DNA of 62,888 nt, filler included, from Circinaria calcarea (Eukaryota): the NCBI GenBank assembly GCA_051942165.1. It is 10 parts of 10 records of this genome, joined end to end, with 100 filler letters (N's around TTAATTAATTAA, not from the genome) between each part and the next. Parts side by side here need not be neighbours in the genome. Positions count along the whole stretch, not along the records: positions 1 to 6,217 come from JAVECS010001640.1; positions 6,318 to 12,532 come from JAVECS010001641.1; 8 more parts are not named here. One strand, 5' to 3'. Position 1 is the first letter of the stretch; each line of letters begins with the position of its first letter. Below, in pieces: positions 1-10,240 of this stretch. The notes below the pieces were generated by a model. The model was not told the DNA's origin. It worked only from the letters and a program-made list of their open reading frames with translations, and did no database searches. Made by a program: the position numbers and the translations under genes.

Positions 1-2907
1 GCCTTCATAGATGCAATTATCTCCTCCATATCGAGTGAGGAACCCTCCAATGTATCAGCAAAAGACAAGCCGTCTTCTACAGCGCCGATTAAGGATCAAA
101 CTCCCTCGACCTTCTCGACTTTCCTGGCCAAGGATCAAACCGATAGTATAGCAGCTTTCACAGTCTATTCTGCCAATGACCAAACCACATCAGTCATTGG
201 GACCTTCGCTGTCCCTACAAAAGATCCACCCAGCTCTTCAATTGCATCTGACAAGGACAATACTCTTCCAGCTAAGGACAGAACATCGTCGAGAATAACT
301 ACAATTCCCCTCAAAGATCAGACGACTGGCTCGGCCGATTCAACGGCAACTCCTGGCAAGGATCTCACCACGTGGAAATTCAGCGTCACCAGCATACCTG
401 ATAAGGATATCCCGAGCTCTTCAAATGTACTAGTAAAGGATTCGACTGTCCCAGCTAAGGATCGTACATCCTCGAGTGCAACTTTGGTTTCATCGATGGA
501 TCAGATTTACCCCGTGATCACCATGACGGTCATACCAATCCAACCAATCCAACCAATCCAAAACCTTACATCGTCAGATGCGGGCTTTGTCACTGCCTTG
601 TCCAAGGATCTGACCACTGTGGCGACTGATTCATCTACTTCGACAAAAGATCTGCCAAATTCCTCAAGTACATTAGGCAAGGATGAGAACACGCATGTTG
701 CAAACTCTAGTACAACTTCTGCTGAACCAAGCTTCAATGGGGCTACGACATTTACAAGCTTGGATACCACTTCCACCGTATATGGAAAGGACCTTACGAG
801 TACAGAAACCGAGTCTACTCCAGCCACGGTCATGAGCAGCACCTCATCAGCAAACGAAGAAACAAGTATCGTCATCGTCTCGGTACAAACCAATCACCCT
901 ATACCAAGCAGGAACGAGACGTCTACAAGTATCGCAGAAACCTTCTCAACCCAAGACCAGTTCACCTTTCTTACCAAAAATGCATCGTCTACCCTAGCAG
1001 TATCGAGCGGGATACCTTCGCAAACTATTTATACTTTCATTACAGTATCAGTGAGCTCTAAATCAACGACATTGGCTGCGACAACCACCGCCCAAGGAGC
1101 ACCAACCATGAATGTTTCCTTCCATATGCCATTGCCGCCTGCCTCGGGATCACAATTCGGATTTAGCCTTACATTCTATCCGCCAGGGTCTGAAATATCG
1201 TCAGACAACAGCCCTCAGTCATCTAATCGATTTGAGACATCTCGATCCTTGGTATTCACTCGAACATCCTATCCAAATACGACTCATGTCGTGTATTCAA
1301 GCGAGGTAGCAGCCACTAATGGCCCAATCTCATCCAGCCAATTTGAAAATATCCCGTCCACAGTACCAACGTTTCCAGAAGTCACATACTATACGACCTC
1401 GCCGGCGTCTTGTATGCCATCGTGCAACAACTCAGGGTCTTCGGTGATCATTCAGACTCTTTCACCTTTATCGACTACTCCTGGTTTGTCATCGGAGACA
1501 GGTGCATTTTCCACTCAAACATCAATACCTTCCTACTCAGGACAAGGTATGGCATCGAGCGATAAACCAGAGTCTTCCACAGAGGTTACGTCGTTCAAGT
1601 CGGTAAGCACCGCTACGAGTCTTGTTTCTAATATCACCTATTCCTTTACTTTATCACCAATAGCCATGTCCTCGAACTCAGAAACCTTACCAAGCGGCAA
1701 GCCTGGATCATCCGTTGATATCGAGGCCTCCGAATCTAGCAACTCCATACCATCGGCTGCCGCAACGAGCACCATTTCTATAGACACATCTTCCCCTTCC
1801 CAAGCCACCGTTTTACCTTTGTCAAGTACCTCAGGATCCACCTCTACCATGAGCTATAGCACTGTACCTGTTTACACACCCGGAATGCTCGGTAACGCTT
1901 ATGGTGGTGGGTACATTATCACCCCTTCATTATTAGCCGTTATATCCAGTACTACCACTGGGTCTGTTACCGGTGTTCCTCCAGGGTATGGCTTCTCAAT
2001 CATACCAGCAGTCTCAACTCCTATCAACGGCCCGATTATCTCGGCAGGCACCACGACCATATCAGGAGTAGATGTGACAAGCGAGGTTAATAATCCCTGG
2101 TCCTTGACGACTCTGGACATCTCGAGTGGACCAGAAGCTGTCTCTGAGACTTCTCAGACCGCATCAACACAGATGGCAGCAAATATTCCAACGACATCCA
2201 TTCTGGGTCAAGATCCAATTCTCGAGACCACCATTCTGCCAGGGAAGGAGAGCCCCAAGGCAAAGTCAACGACTACCTCCATCACGGAAAACTTTCAAAC
2301 TTTGGCCATTACTACGTTGGCTGCATCGGCGAGTACTCCAGAGTCTGTAAGTAGCGTTGCTCAGGTGTCAGTGAATACGCCGGGGTTTGCTGGGAGCTCC
2401 ATTGGCAAGACCTCGATCTCTGCGATGACCATTGTACCAGGGGGGGTCTCGTTGTCAGACGATACAGCTACCTTTACTACCGACTACTTTCAGACTTCAG
2501 TCATCACGACGATGACTACACCGGTAAACACACCAGAGTCGCCTAGTAGCTTTGCCATGGCTGAAACGCAAACTGTGCAAACAGCATCAAGAAACGGGCC
2601 AGCGGATACACCAGAGTCGGCCGGTAACTCTGCGATCGGTGGTGTCTCCATTCTGGAGAGCACTATTGCACCTGGAGAGGGGCCCCACTCAGAGTCTACC
2701 GGTGGTTCAATCCCGGACAACTATCCAACCTTGATGATTACGACGATGGCTACAGGTGTTGGAATGCCCACTCCGTCAAGCAACACCACGTTTACAATCC
2801 CGGCTCAACCCAGCCCACCCGAAGTCTTTCAAGGAATCGGTACGAGTCTAGATGAGGGCGTTCTTACTCTTCTTATCGTTGTGTTGGCAACGGTGGTATA
2901 TCTTTGA
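1..2907 (+). CDS. Ser/Thr-rich mucin-like, probably GPI-anchored cell-wall glycoprotein (5'-partial)
   Basis: Frame 1 is open from base 1 (AFIDAIISS...) to TGA at 2907. Very Ser/Thr/Pro-rich, ending in a GPI-signal-like tail (PEVFQGIGTSLDEGVLTLLIVVLATVVYL). Confidence 0.8.
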   Translation, partial: AFIDAIISSISSEEPSNVSAKDKPSSTAPIKDQTPSTFSTFLAKDQTDSIAAFTVYSANDQTTSVIGTFAVPTKDPPSSSIASDKDNTLPAKDRTSSRITTIPLKDQTTGSADSTATPGKDLTTWKFSVTSIPDKDIPSSSNVLVKDSTVPAKDRTSSSATLVSSMDQIYPVITMTVIPIQPIQPIQNLTSSDAGFVTALSKDLTTVATDSSTSTKDLPNSSSTLGKDENTHVANSSTTSAEPSFNGATTFTSLDTTSTVYGKDLTSTETESTPATVMSSTSSANEETSIVIVSVQTNHPIPSRNETSTSIAETFSTQDQFTFLTKNASSTLAVSSGIPSQTIYTFITVSVSSKSTTLAATTTAQGAPTMNVSFHMPLPPASGSQFGFSLTFYPPGSEISSDNSPQSSNRFETSRSLVFTRTSYPNTTHVVYSSEVAATNGPISSSQFENIPSTVPTFPEVTYYTTSPASCMPSCNNSGSSVIIQTLSPLSTTPGLSSETGAFSTQTSIPSYSGQGMASSDKPESSTEVTSFKSVSTATSLVSNITYSFTLSPIAMSSNSETLPSGKPGSSVDIEASESSNSIPSAAATSTISIDTSSPSQATVLPLSSTSGSTSTMSYSTVPVYTPGMLGNAYGGGYIITPSLLAVISSTTTGSVTGVPPGYGFSIIPAVSTPINGPIISAGTTTISGVDVTSEVNNPWSLTTLDISSGPEAVSETSQTASTQMAANIPTTSILGQDPILETTILPGKESPKAKSTTTSITENFQTLAITTLAASASTPESVSSVAQVSVNTPGFAGSSIGKTSISAMTIVPGGVSLSDDTATFTTDYFQTSVITTMTTPVNTPESPSSFAMAETQTVQTASRNGPADTPESAGNSAIGGVSILESTIAPGEGPHSESTGGSIPDNYPTLMITTMATGVGMPTPSSNTTFTIPAQPSPPEVFQGIGTSLDEGVLTLLIVVLATVVYL

Positions 2908-3511
2908 AGTCATGATGGAGGAGCTCTACAGCGTTGAGACGGTGTTGTCTTGATCAAAGGCCATGTTTGCATTTTCGTTTCTTACACGTGGTAAATATAC
3001 GTGCTCCTTGCTTGACCTTTATTTTAGCACAACAGTAATGTATACCCTTTCTCATAGCTAGATTTAATGCAGAGTCTTGTGGGAAAGTTTGATTCCTTGC
3101 TGCGAGTGGGATCATTGAATGTGCATATAACCCATCGTTCGACCTTTTACCGGACGATATCCGGCATACTGTGCCTCCTAGACATAAGCTGCGGGTGGTT
3201 TAATATTGACAGATGTATAGCTTTTTAACTAAAACTGACCAGCCAAATATCGAGCTCGGTTAAATTAAAAGGTCACATGATATTCAAAGCCCCTATTTAT
3301 TTTTGACACAAGGTCAATCTTATAGTATGAATTTTATGACTTATAAAGAGCATTAAGTTCATCTTAATATATATGTGTTTTAGATCATAGCGATTCTGTG
3401 CTTTACGATATCAGACATCGGGTTATCGGTTACATACGTTGGACATACGACCTCTTCTTCAATTGAAGTAAAAGCCTTTTCCTATCGGCCCCACCCTAAA
3501 CCTGCACCTTG

Positions 3512-4417
3512 ATGGATCCCAAGGCGATTAAACCTGAATGTGAAACAAAGGCCTCTAATGCCCATTCCGATTACATCTTGCTTGTGCAGCTAAACAGGGA
3601 CCACCTCTCCCACCATTATACGCGTTCTTACTGTCCCCCGCATCGTCTACCTTTCATTTGCTTCATCTCGCCGTTCAACTAGTCTTTGACTGAGCGTGCA
3701 TGCATCTCTGCGAGACTGCAGTTGTCAAGTACCCATCCTCTACCATTCCAGATCTCCACTATCGCTCGGTCATTGTTCTGAATCCCACGGATGTGCGAAT
3801 CGCCATCCGGGAAGAAGAGCCCGAGGACCTGGACTTTTCGATTATTCCGGGGATGATGCAGGCATCACCCCGCAGTGCCGTTTAGGCAAAGCAAAACTGC
3901 CGAGATATCGGAAATCTTCGATGATGCTACCGCTATGGTTGTTGGCTCTTTGGTCGGGTATAAATATAACTTCGGGGATAACTGGGTCCATACTGTCTCG
4001 CTCGTCGGGGAGACTTTGACGACATGGCTGGGGAAGGGCATGGAGCAGCGGAAGATGTTGGAGGTAGGTGCTGCAAGTCAGTTCCTCTGACTCTGTTGGG
4101 TCTAGTCTAAATTGTCGAGATTGATGGACTTGCTAGGTCCCCGAGGCTGGAAGGAACTCAAGGAAGCGTATGCGGCAAAGAAGCCGACCGCAGAGCAGAA
4201 GGGAAAGAGGGAGTGGTATGAGGACGATTGCGCTAACGGATACAAGAGCGGCCTCAAATGCTCTAGGCATTGGCTATGGGACAAGGCGGAGGTCATTAGG
4301 AACCTTGCTGCATTGCCGAAGATGTCAGCCAGCCATAATTTTAGCCGTGTGAGTTACTTCGGAATACCTGACGATCGAGATCTGTCCTGGCAGATTGTTT
4401 CCACACTTACGACATAG
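3512..4417 (+). pseudogene. Degraded PRiA4_ORF3/MM3350-like domain gene
   Basis: Fragments in shifting frames with stops: ...IIRVLTVP..., ...FHLLHLAVQLVFD*..., YKYNFGDNWVHTVSLVG (family motif YDFGDxWxH), GPRGWKELKEAY...KREWYE. Confidence 0.6.
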
Positions 4418-5561
4418 CCGTGATAGAACTAGACATCTTCGTAACGGAATGTCCTTTATGAACTCGACCCTTTACTCTACCTGGCAAACATCTTGACCCT
4501 ATGGAGTGCACGCTGGCCTTCATCAGCCATCGGCATTCCCCTGCTTTCAGCAGAATGTTTTTTAAGCCGTGCACACGTGACATAGCCCCTATCTTATAAG
4601 CATGAAAACAACAGCAATTGCAGTGGAAAGTATACAATAGCACCTTCGACGAATCTTCAGCTTTTCTGAGTTGTTATTTTCTTCAATTGAATCTTCTAGG
4701 GAAATATACCGAGAATATAGAGAGCTAAACCGCATGTTCCAGCGGTCAGCCTGCCGGTCGATCGGTATAAATACCCACAAAGAGTTGATTTCAGAGTTCC
4801 ACCCCCTATTTTGGATTGATTAGCATATTCCAACTCTTCAGTATCTTACTATTGTTAGATTCCCATGTTTGGGAAGAAAAGAATTGCCATGTTTGCCTCG
4901 TTTCCCACCGACCGGGGTGTAATGCTAATCCCTGCTTCCGGGTTGGCGTGCAGAAAGCCGCCAAAGCTCCCCGCCACTCTAATTTGATACCCGCCCCACC
5001 CACGACCGAAACAGAAGTCTTCCGTATTGCGACGACGTCACGAAGATGCTCCTACAGGTACAACCACCACTATCACCACCGTCGTTTACGTCGTGTCCAT
5101 CTGGTCATCTTCATTATCTTCACTGTTATTTATTCCTAGCAATCTACAGACCTTGATCTCCGACACATCATCCTCCTCTAGTACCTTGGGAGTTCGAAGC
5201 GCATCTCCTGGACAAGTCATCCATCTAGCCCGCTGCATTGACGCCAGACGACCTATGTATCACGGAGCTTCGTGCCGTTGAAAATCACACCGCTGGGAAA
5301 CAGTTGACAGTGGGAAAGAATATATAACTCCTACCATTCAAAGGGGTGGTCGATTTCTACAGCAGTGATTGGGAAGATACAAGGAGCGGGTGCTTTGCGA
5401 CAGTCGAACTGGGAACTACTGGAGATCAACGCCGAGCCCTAGATAAGTGGATTCCTTCTCGCAGCCTCCCCCCAAAGAGGGAGTGCTACCCATTCGCTCG
5501 TTACCTCGTACGGAATCTCTTCGTCACATCTCAACCCTCATCCCTCTCACAATTATATACA

Positions 5562-6217
5562 ATGGCAACTTCGATACGAGTCGTTGAGCGTCGCCGTCGG
5601 TACCATTGGCCTGATGCCCAACTCAACTTCTGGCTCTTCATTATGCTCGTCGCATCCTCCACTACCCTGGGTATCTTCGCCAACTTTATGAATATACAGT
5701 CCGTCCTGCGATTAGGGATCCCATGGTATGTTCTTGCCCTATCGTCAGGTTTCCCATGATTCTCAATCTCATCTGCGATGCTTTTCCTCCTAATGAAGTT
5801 CTTTCCCTTACGGCCCCTATCGGGAACACCGTCATTTAGACTAACATATCTTCATATTGGCAGGCTCTTCCCCTACGAAGTCACAGTCTCCGCCCTCGCC
5901 CTCGCCTTCATCATCCTGATCCTGATCCTAATTAACCAACGCCAACTGCTCCCTGGAATCGTCATCCTTGGCACCTTTATCCTCTTCGTGCTCTGGCTCA
6001 CCGGCCTGATACAAACCGCCATCCAACTCTTTGGCCCCAGTGGCTCTGTCAATGCAAATTGCAACCTGTATGTCACCAGCATGCCCGTATCGGGGACGGG
6101 GGACCTACAAGCGGTGCTGGCATTCCTGGAGCAAAGAAGTATTTGTCAGAGTTGGCAGGCGGCGTTTTCGTTTGAGGTGGTGGGCACGGTGTTTTTCCTC
6201 TGGATGATGATTATGGC
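5562..6217 (+). CDS. Fungal four-TM (MARVEL-like) membrane protein, 3'-partial
   Basis: ATG 5562 MATSIRVVERRRRYHWPDAQLNFW..., intron 5726-5863 (GTATGT...CTAAC...CAG), then further hydrophobic helices up to the spacer. Confidence 0.7.
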
Positions 6218-6317
6218 NNNNNNNNNNNNNNNNNNNNNNNNNNNNNNNNNNNNNNNNNNNNTTAATTAATTAANNNNNNNNNNNNNNNNNNNNNNNNNNN
6301 NNNNNNNNNNNNNNNNN
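6218..6317. other. Artificial contig-joining spacer (N44 TTAATTAATTAA N44); also at 12533, 18848, 25152, 31453, 37750, 44039, 50326, 56610
   Basis: Identical 100-nt linker with stops in all six frames; the flanking contigs decrease steadily in length (6217 to 6179 nt). Confidence 0.98.
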
Positions 6318-6879
6318 ACCGAGGGAAACGATCTGACTTATCACAGGCACCCGGATACCAGACATTACACGAAGCGCCATCGCACGCACTTGGGGGTTTT
6401 GGTCGGAGAGCGATTTCTGGATGGTGTTGATGGAAAGAAGAGCCAGGTCGGGCTCTGACTCAGCATAATGAAGTAAATATATGTAAACCAGCTTCTTGAT
6501 TTCTATATTTGGGCTTGCAACGTTCTTGACCACCGATGAGAAATAAGGCAGACATGGCTTCGCCCTATATATCATCTACAAAGGTTAATTTCCAAAGTGG
6601 CATCAACCATGACAGTCAAGCCCGCCTACAGAGATGACCTTTCGTAGCCCTTCAAGAATGTCCCGATCATTCCGGCTGTCGAGCAGTTTTTTTATTTGGG
6701 TAAATGGAAGATCTCGAGTTGCAGCCCTCGCACTGAAACCTCGACTTGATCCAGCGGACTGCGCTGCTTCAAGCGTAAGGTCTCGGGCTAAGCCAACTGT
6801 TATGAAATGTCCTCACCGACCAGATGTCAAGGCGCATACCTGTCTCCAGCATGGACGATATCTTGGAGATGGACTCCAT
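6318..6879 (-). CDS. APL6: AP-3 adaptor complex beta subunit, N-terminal part (3'-partial)
   Basis: Spliced MESISKISSMLET / ...IKKLLDSRNDRDILEGLRKVIS / MIYRAKPCLPYFSSVVKNVASPNIEIKKLVYIYLLHYAESEPDLALLSINTIQKSLSDQNPQVRAMALRVMSGIRV, the beta-adaptin N-terminus. Confidence 0.92.
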
Positions 6880-7032
6880 ATTCACACCTATCTTCAACTA
6901 TTCTCTAGTACGATATTTGACCCGGAGTATGTACATGCTTCCACTGGTCAAATAGAGTACCGTGATCGATCTCCTCTGAGGCGAAACCCAACCAACCTTA
7001 AACTAGGATTCCAACACTTTCCAGCAATCTCA

Positions 7033-7315
7033 AAATAATTTACCCGGTAGCGGGAAAATATAAAACTCGAGGTGATATGATTTCTGAGTTGAGCCTTTGC
7101 ATGCGCTGTACATTGTGTTCGACTGACTTGCTTGGGCCGAAATGCGGCATCAATGGTGTGAGATTAATTGCGATATCAAAATTCACATTCACGTCGCAAA
7201 ATAACAAAAACTTATGAAGTTTCACTTATGCACGTAATTCTACATTTTGATTTCACTTCCCAGTAAATTACGTCAATAAAACCGGACGATTCCCCCCGGC
7301 GACTTCCCTCCAGAT
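7033..7315. mobile_element. Degenerate MITE-like element, left end truncated
   Basis: Colinear with 36423-36766 (shared CGGGAAA(A)TATAAAACT, TTGAGCCTTTG, ATGCGCTGTACATT, AAAAC(C/T)GGACGAT...CCCCC...GCGACTTCCC). Confidence 0.7.
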
Positions 7316-7497
7316 ACTCTGCTCTCAAGAAACCCACTTCAATGGCGGCTGGCATTAACTCTTATTTACAGGACTAGGAGAGTACCCGGAGAGGCGTCAT
7401 GAAAGTCCTACAACTCTATCCACTCCTCGAGCAGAGGAAGGATCCGGCAAAAGTATCGAGACCCTTCATCTGAACACTGTCTAGCTTGTTTTCTATC

Positions 7498-8223
7498 ATG
7501 TCGTTTGCATCAACGCCTCTTATTATATCCTGCTCATCGGTTTCAAAGTTCCTTACTCACCTCCTTGAACAGCATGCTTCTCCTTCGATCCTGATTGTCT
7601 GTTCTACACGAGAGCTCTTTCTTCAGCAACTTCTTACCGAAATCCATCGGCAGCCTCACGTGTGTACTTCCTCGAACCCAGAAACTGATGTTCAAGTGTC
7701 GAACTACTCCTTCCTTTCCCCGACGTTACATCTCATAGCCAGGTCGAAGTCCATTGGTCTAGCATTCACGCCTACGCTACCACATCTGAGAGCGTATCTC
7801 GCCACGTACGCGCGCCCCACAACTTCACCGGATGAGCAGGTTATCTATGAGAAGCCCGGCGCGTACATATCTACTTTAGCTATTCTCAATCCACTGACCC
7901 TCCACCGGCCTACAAGCGATTTCAGTGCACAAGGTCTGTCACGGACCTTTGCCTTATTAGTAGACACGGCTGCACGAGAGAGCATGCAACTGCTAGTCAT
8001 GGAATGTGATTTGATCTCTGAAGAGGATGCGATGCCGACTGACGAGGATGGAGTCGCCCAAACGCAAAGGGATCCATGGAGGGAGCAGGTTCCTCTACTG
8101 AACGGGAGTATTCGCTTCGGTGGCGAGGAAAGGTTGTGGGCTGGAAGGACCGTAGAAGTCCACAAGGTCGTCTCTAGATGGTTTCATATTGAGACAATAG
8201 ACAAAGATGGCAATGCAGGATGA
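7498..8223 (+). CDS. Conserved-looking fungal hypothetical protein
   Basis: Uninterrupted ~240-aa ORF of globular composition (LIVCSTRELFL, LAFTPTLPHLRAYL, HRPTSDFSAQGLSRT, WREQVPLLNG); function not identifiable. Confidence 0.7.
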   Translation: MSFASTPLIISCSSVSKFLTHLLEQHASPSILIVCSTRELFLQQLLTEIHRQPHVCTSSNPETDVQVSNYSFLSPTLHLIARSKSIGLAFTPTLPHLRAYLATYARPTTSPDEQVIYEKPGAYISTLAILNPLTLHRPTSDFSAQGLSRTFALLVDTAARESMQLLVMECDLISEEDAMPTDEDGVAQTQRDPWREQVPLLNGSIRFGGEERLWAGRTVEVHKVVSRWFHIETIDKDGNAG

Positions 8224-8734
8224 ATGGGATGAACATGGAACAGAACACCGCAGATCACGTGAGAAAGGTAAGGAACAAACGGCTATTGTTGTAACAGAGC
8301 TTTGGGATCAAGCGGTTTCTGTCGCTATAATACTAAGAGTGAACAGAAACTCAAGCACACAGTAACAATGACATTGGCGTATAACTTCAAGCAAGTTATT
8401 AAATCATTCATCATCTTCCTTAGCAGTCTCATCATCCGCACGTCATCCACACGTTATCCTTCCTTCGCTATTTATCCAATTGTATTACCACCCGCTCCTA
8501 CCATACACCCTTCCTCACTAGGCTCCCCTCCCAGCCTATCACCTCACTGCAGTACCAGTTCCGCCCGTCTACAAAAGAGCAGAACTATCAACTTCTTACC
8601 AACTTCCCCCGCGCACGCTCAAACCACGGCGAGACCCTACCATATTCTCAAGATACCCAGCTTACAACCACAAGCCCATACCTAAGCCATCCTGCACCAT
8701 TCGAAAACCAATTGACATATTCCCAACGCTGCCA

Positions 8735-8977
8735 ATGTGCAACCTCATCATCCTCTACTGGGGCTGTGGCTGCATCTGCGCCACCAATAATGACTACTGT
8801 ACCAGTTTTCCCCTCACGCCATGCAAGGTGACAGAGAAAGCCACCACGGTCAGTCAATACTGCCCGAAACACAAGCAATTCGAACAGAGGTCGGGGCAAT
8901 GGAAAACAAAAAGGGAAACGAGAGTGGAAACGGGGATGAAGATGGGAGATGAGAGCAGGAAGGCAAAGGTTGCCTGA
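8735..8977 (+). CDS. Small Cys-rich protein (MC-x8-CxC-x8-C-x7-C-x12-CPxH)
   Basis: 80-aa ORF; Cys spacing shared with 12059-12499 and a partial DNA duplicate at 10113-10240. Confidence 0.6.
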   Translation: MCNLIILYWGCGCICATNNDYCTSFPLTPCKVTEKATTVSQYCPKHKQFEQRSGQWKTKRETRVETGMKMGDESRKAKVA

Positions 8978-10112
8978 TAACAGGTCAGGGTGCAGGAGGA
9001 GATTTGTTACACCGGCATCTAAAAACGAGATTGGGGAGGAGAACACCAATGGAAACACGGACAAAGCAAATCTAGGGCCATTGGTGGTAGTAACGGGAAA
9101 ACCCAAGGGAGAGAGGCCAAAAAGGTCTTGGGAAATAGGACGAGCAAGTTAGCATGAATGGCCAGCTTGTTGTTTCGTCTATGGATCACAGATGTTGATG
9201 ATTTCGATGGAAAACCCTGATCTTTTATCCCCAATTTTTTTGCAATACAATAACGTTGATATGCTCTGTTCTGGAGTGTTAAGGGGCGGAGACAATGACG
9301 TACCCAATTTCGGAAGGGTTTGGCGGGGTTTTAGCAGGGAGCCCTCTTGGTTTTCCCACTGTTTCCCTCCTCTCCTATTATCACCCTTTCTCAATTGTCC
9401 GATTATCATCGAGTGAAAGTACCCTAAGCCACTTATCGAATCCCTTATATCATTAGAAAATTTAGTGGAGACACTATAATATATACTTTCTGGAACTCGA
9501 GAGCTTTCAGGGGTTACATCTATTTTCCATAATTTTGCGGTATACCATGCCCGCATCTCAAACGCCAGGTACTATTATTTATAGTCATCTTATGTGTGAG
9601 ATGATAGTTAACCTGATCCAGCTTATGGGCCCCTTACCAAGAAACAGCACAAGAGAAATGAAAGGAGGAAGCAACACACGGCCAGAGTTACTGCCGCAAA
9701 CACACAGAAAGCTGCGAAAATTTCGGAGAAATTAGAGGTAGTCGGTTATCTAGAAAATGGCGGTATAAGTGGTGGAATAAACAAGATTATTCTCTTACAC
9801 CTCCTTTAAGCTGACTATCCAGGCGTACTACCTGTCGAAAATGATAATGGACCGCCTTTTTCTAGCACACAAGCCTCCCCTTCGAAATTTTCAACTCTTC
9901 AGCCCCAACTTCCTCTTTCCTCGTTCAGCACCCTATCAGCCTCTGCCAGGATAGAAGAAAAAGGTCCCCTGCCCCAGCTTTCTAGGAGTAAGGGAACAGG
10001 TTTTACCCCGGGTCGCACTCTGCCTCCTCGCCCTCCATGTCCTCGCCTGAACGCTCCGGAACCTTGCTTCATACAGCCGCATACTCCTCTACAGCTACAT
10101 TTGATATGTTCG

Positions 10113-10240
10113 AATCAGTTCTGCCCGGACCACAAGCAATTCGAGCAGAGGTCAGGAAAATGGGAAACAAGAAGGGAAACAAGCGTGGAAGCGGGAAATG
10201 GAGATGAGAGATGAAAGCAGGAAGGTAAGGCCAACTAAGG
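10113..10240 (+). pseudogene. Partial, frameshifted duplicate of the 8735 gene
   Basis: NQFCPDHKQFEQRSGKWETRRETSVEAG vs SQYCPKHKQFEQRSGQWKTKRETRVETG, with clear nucleotide similarity; no homologous 5' part seen. Confidence 0.7.
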
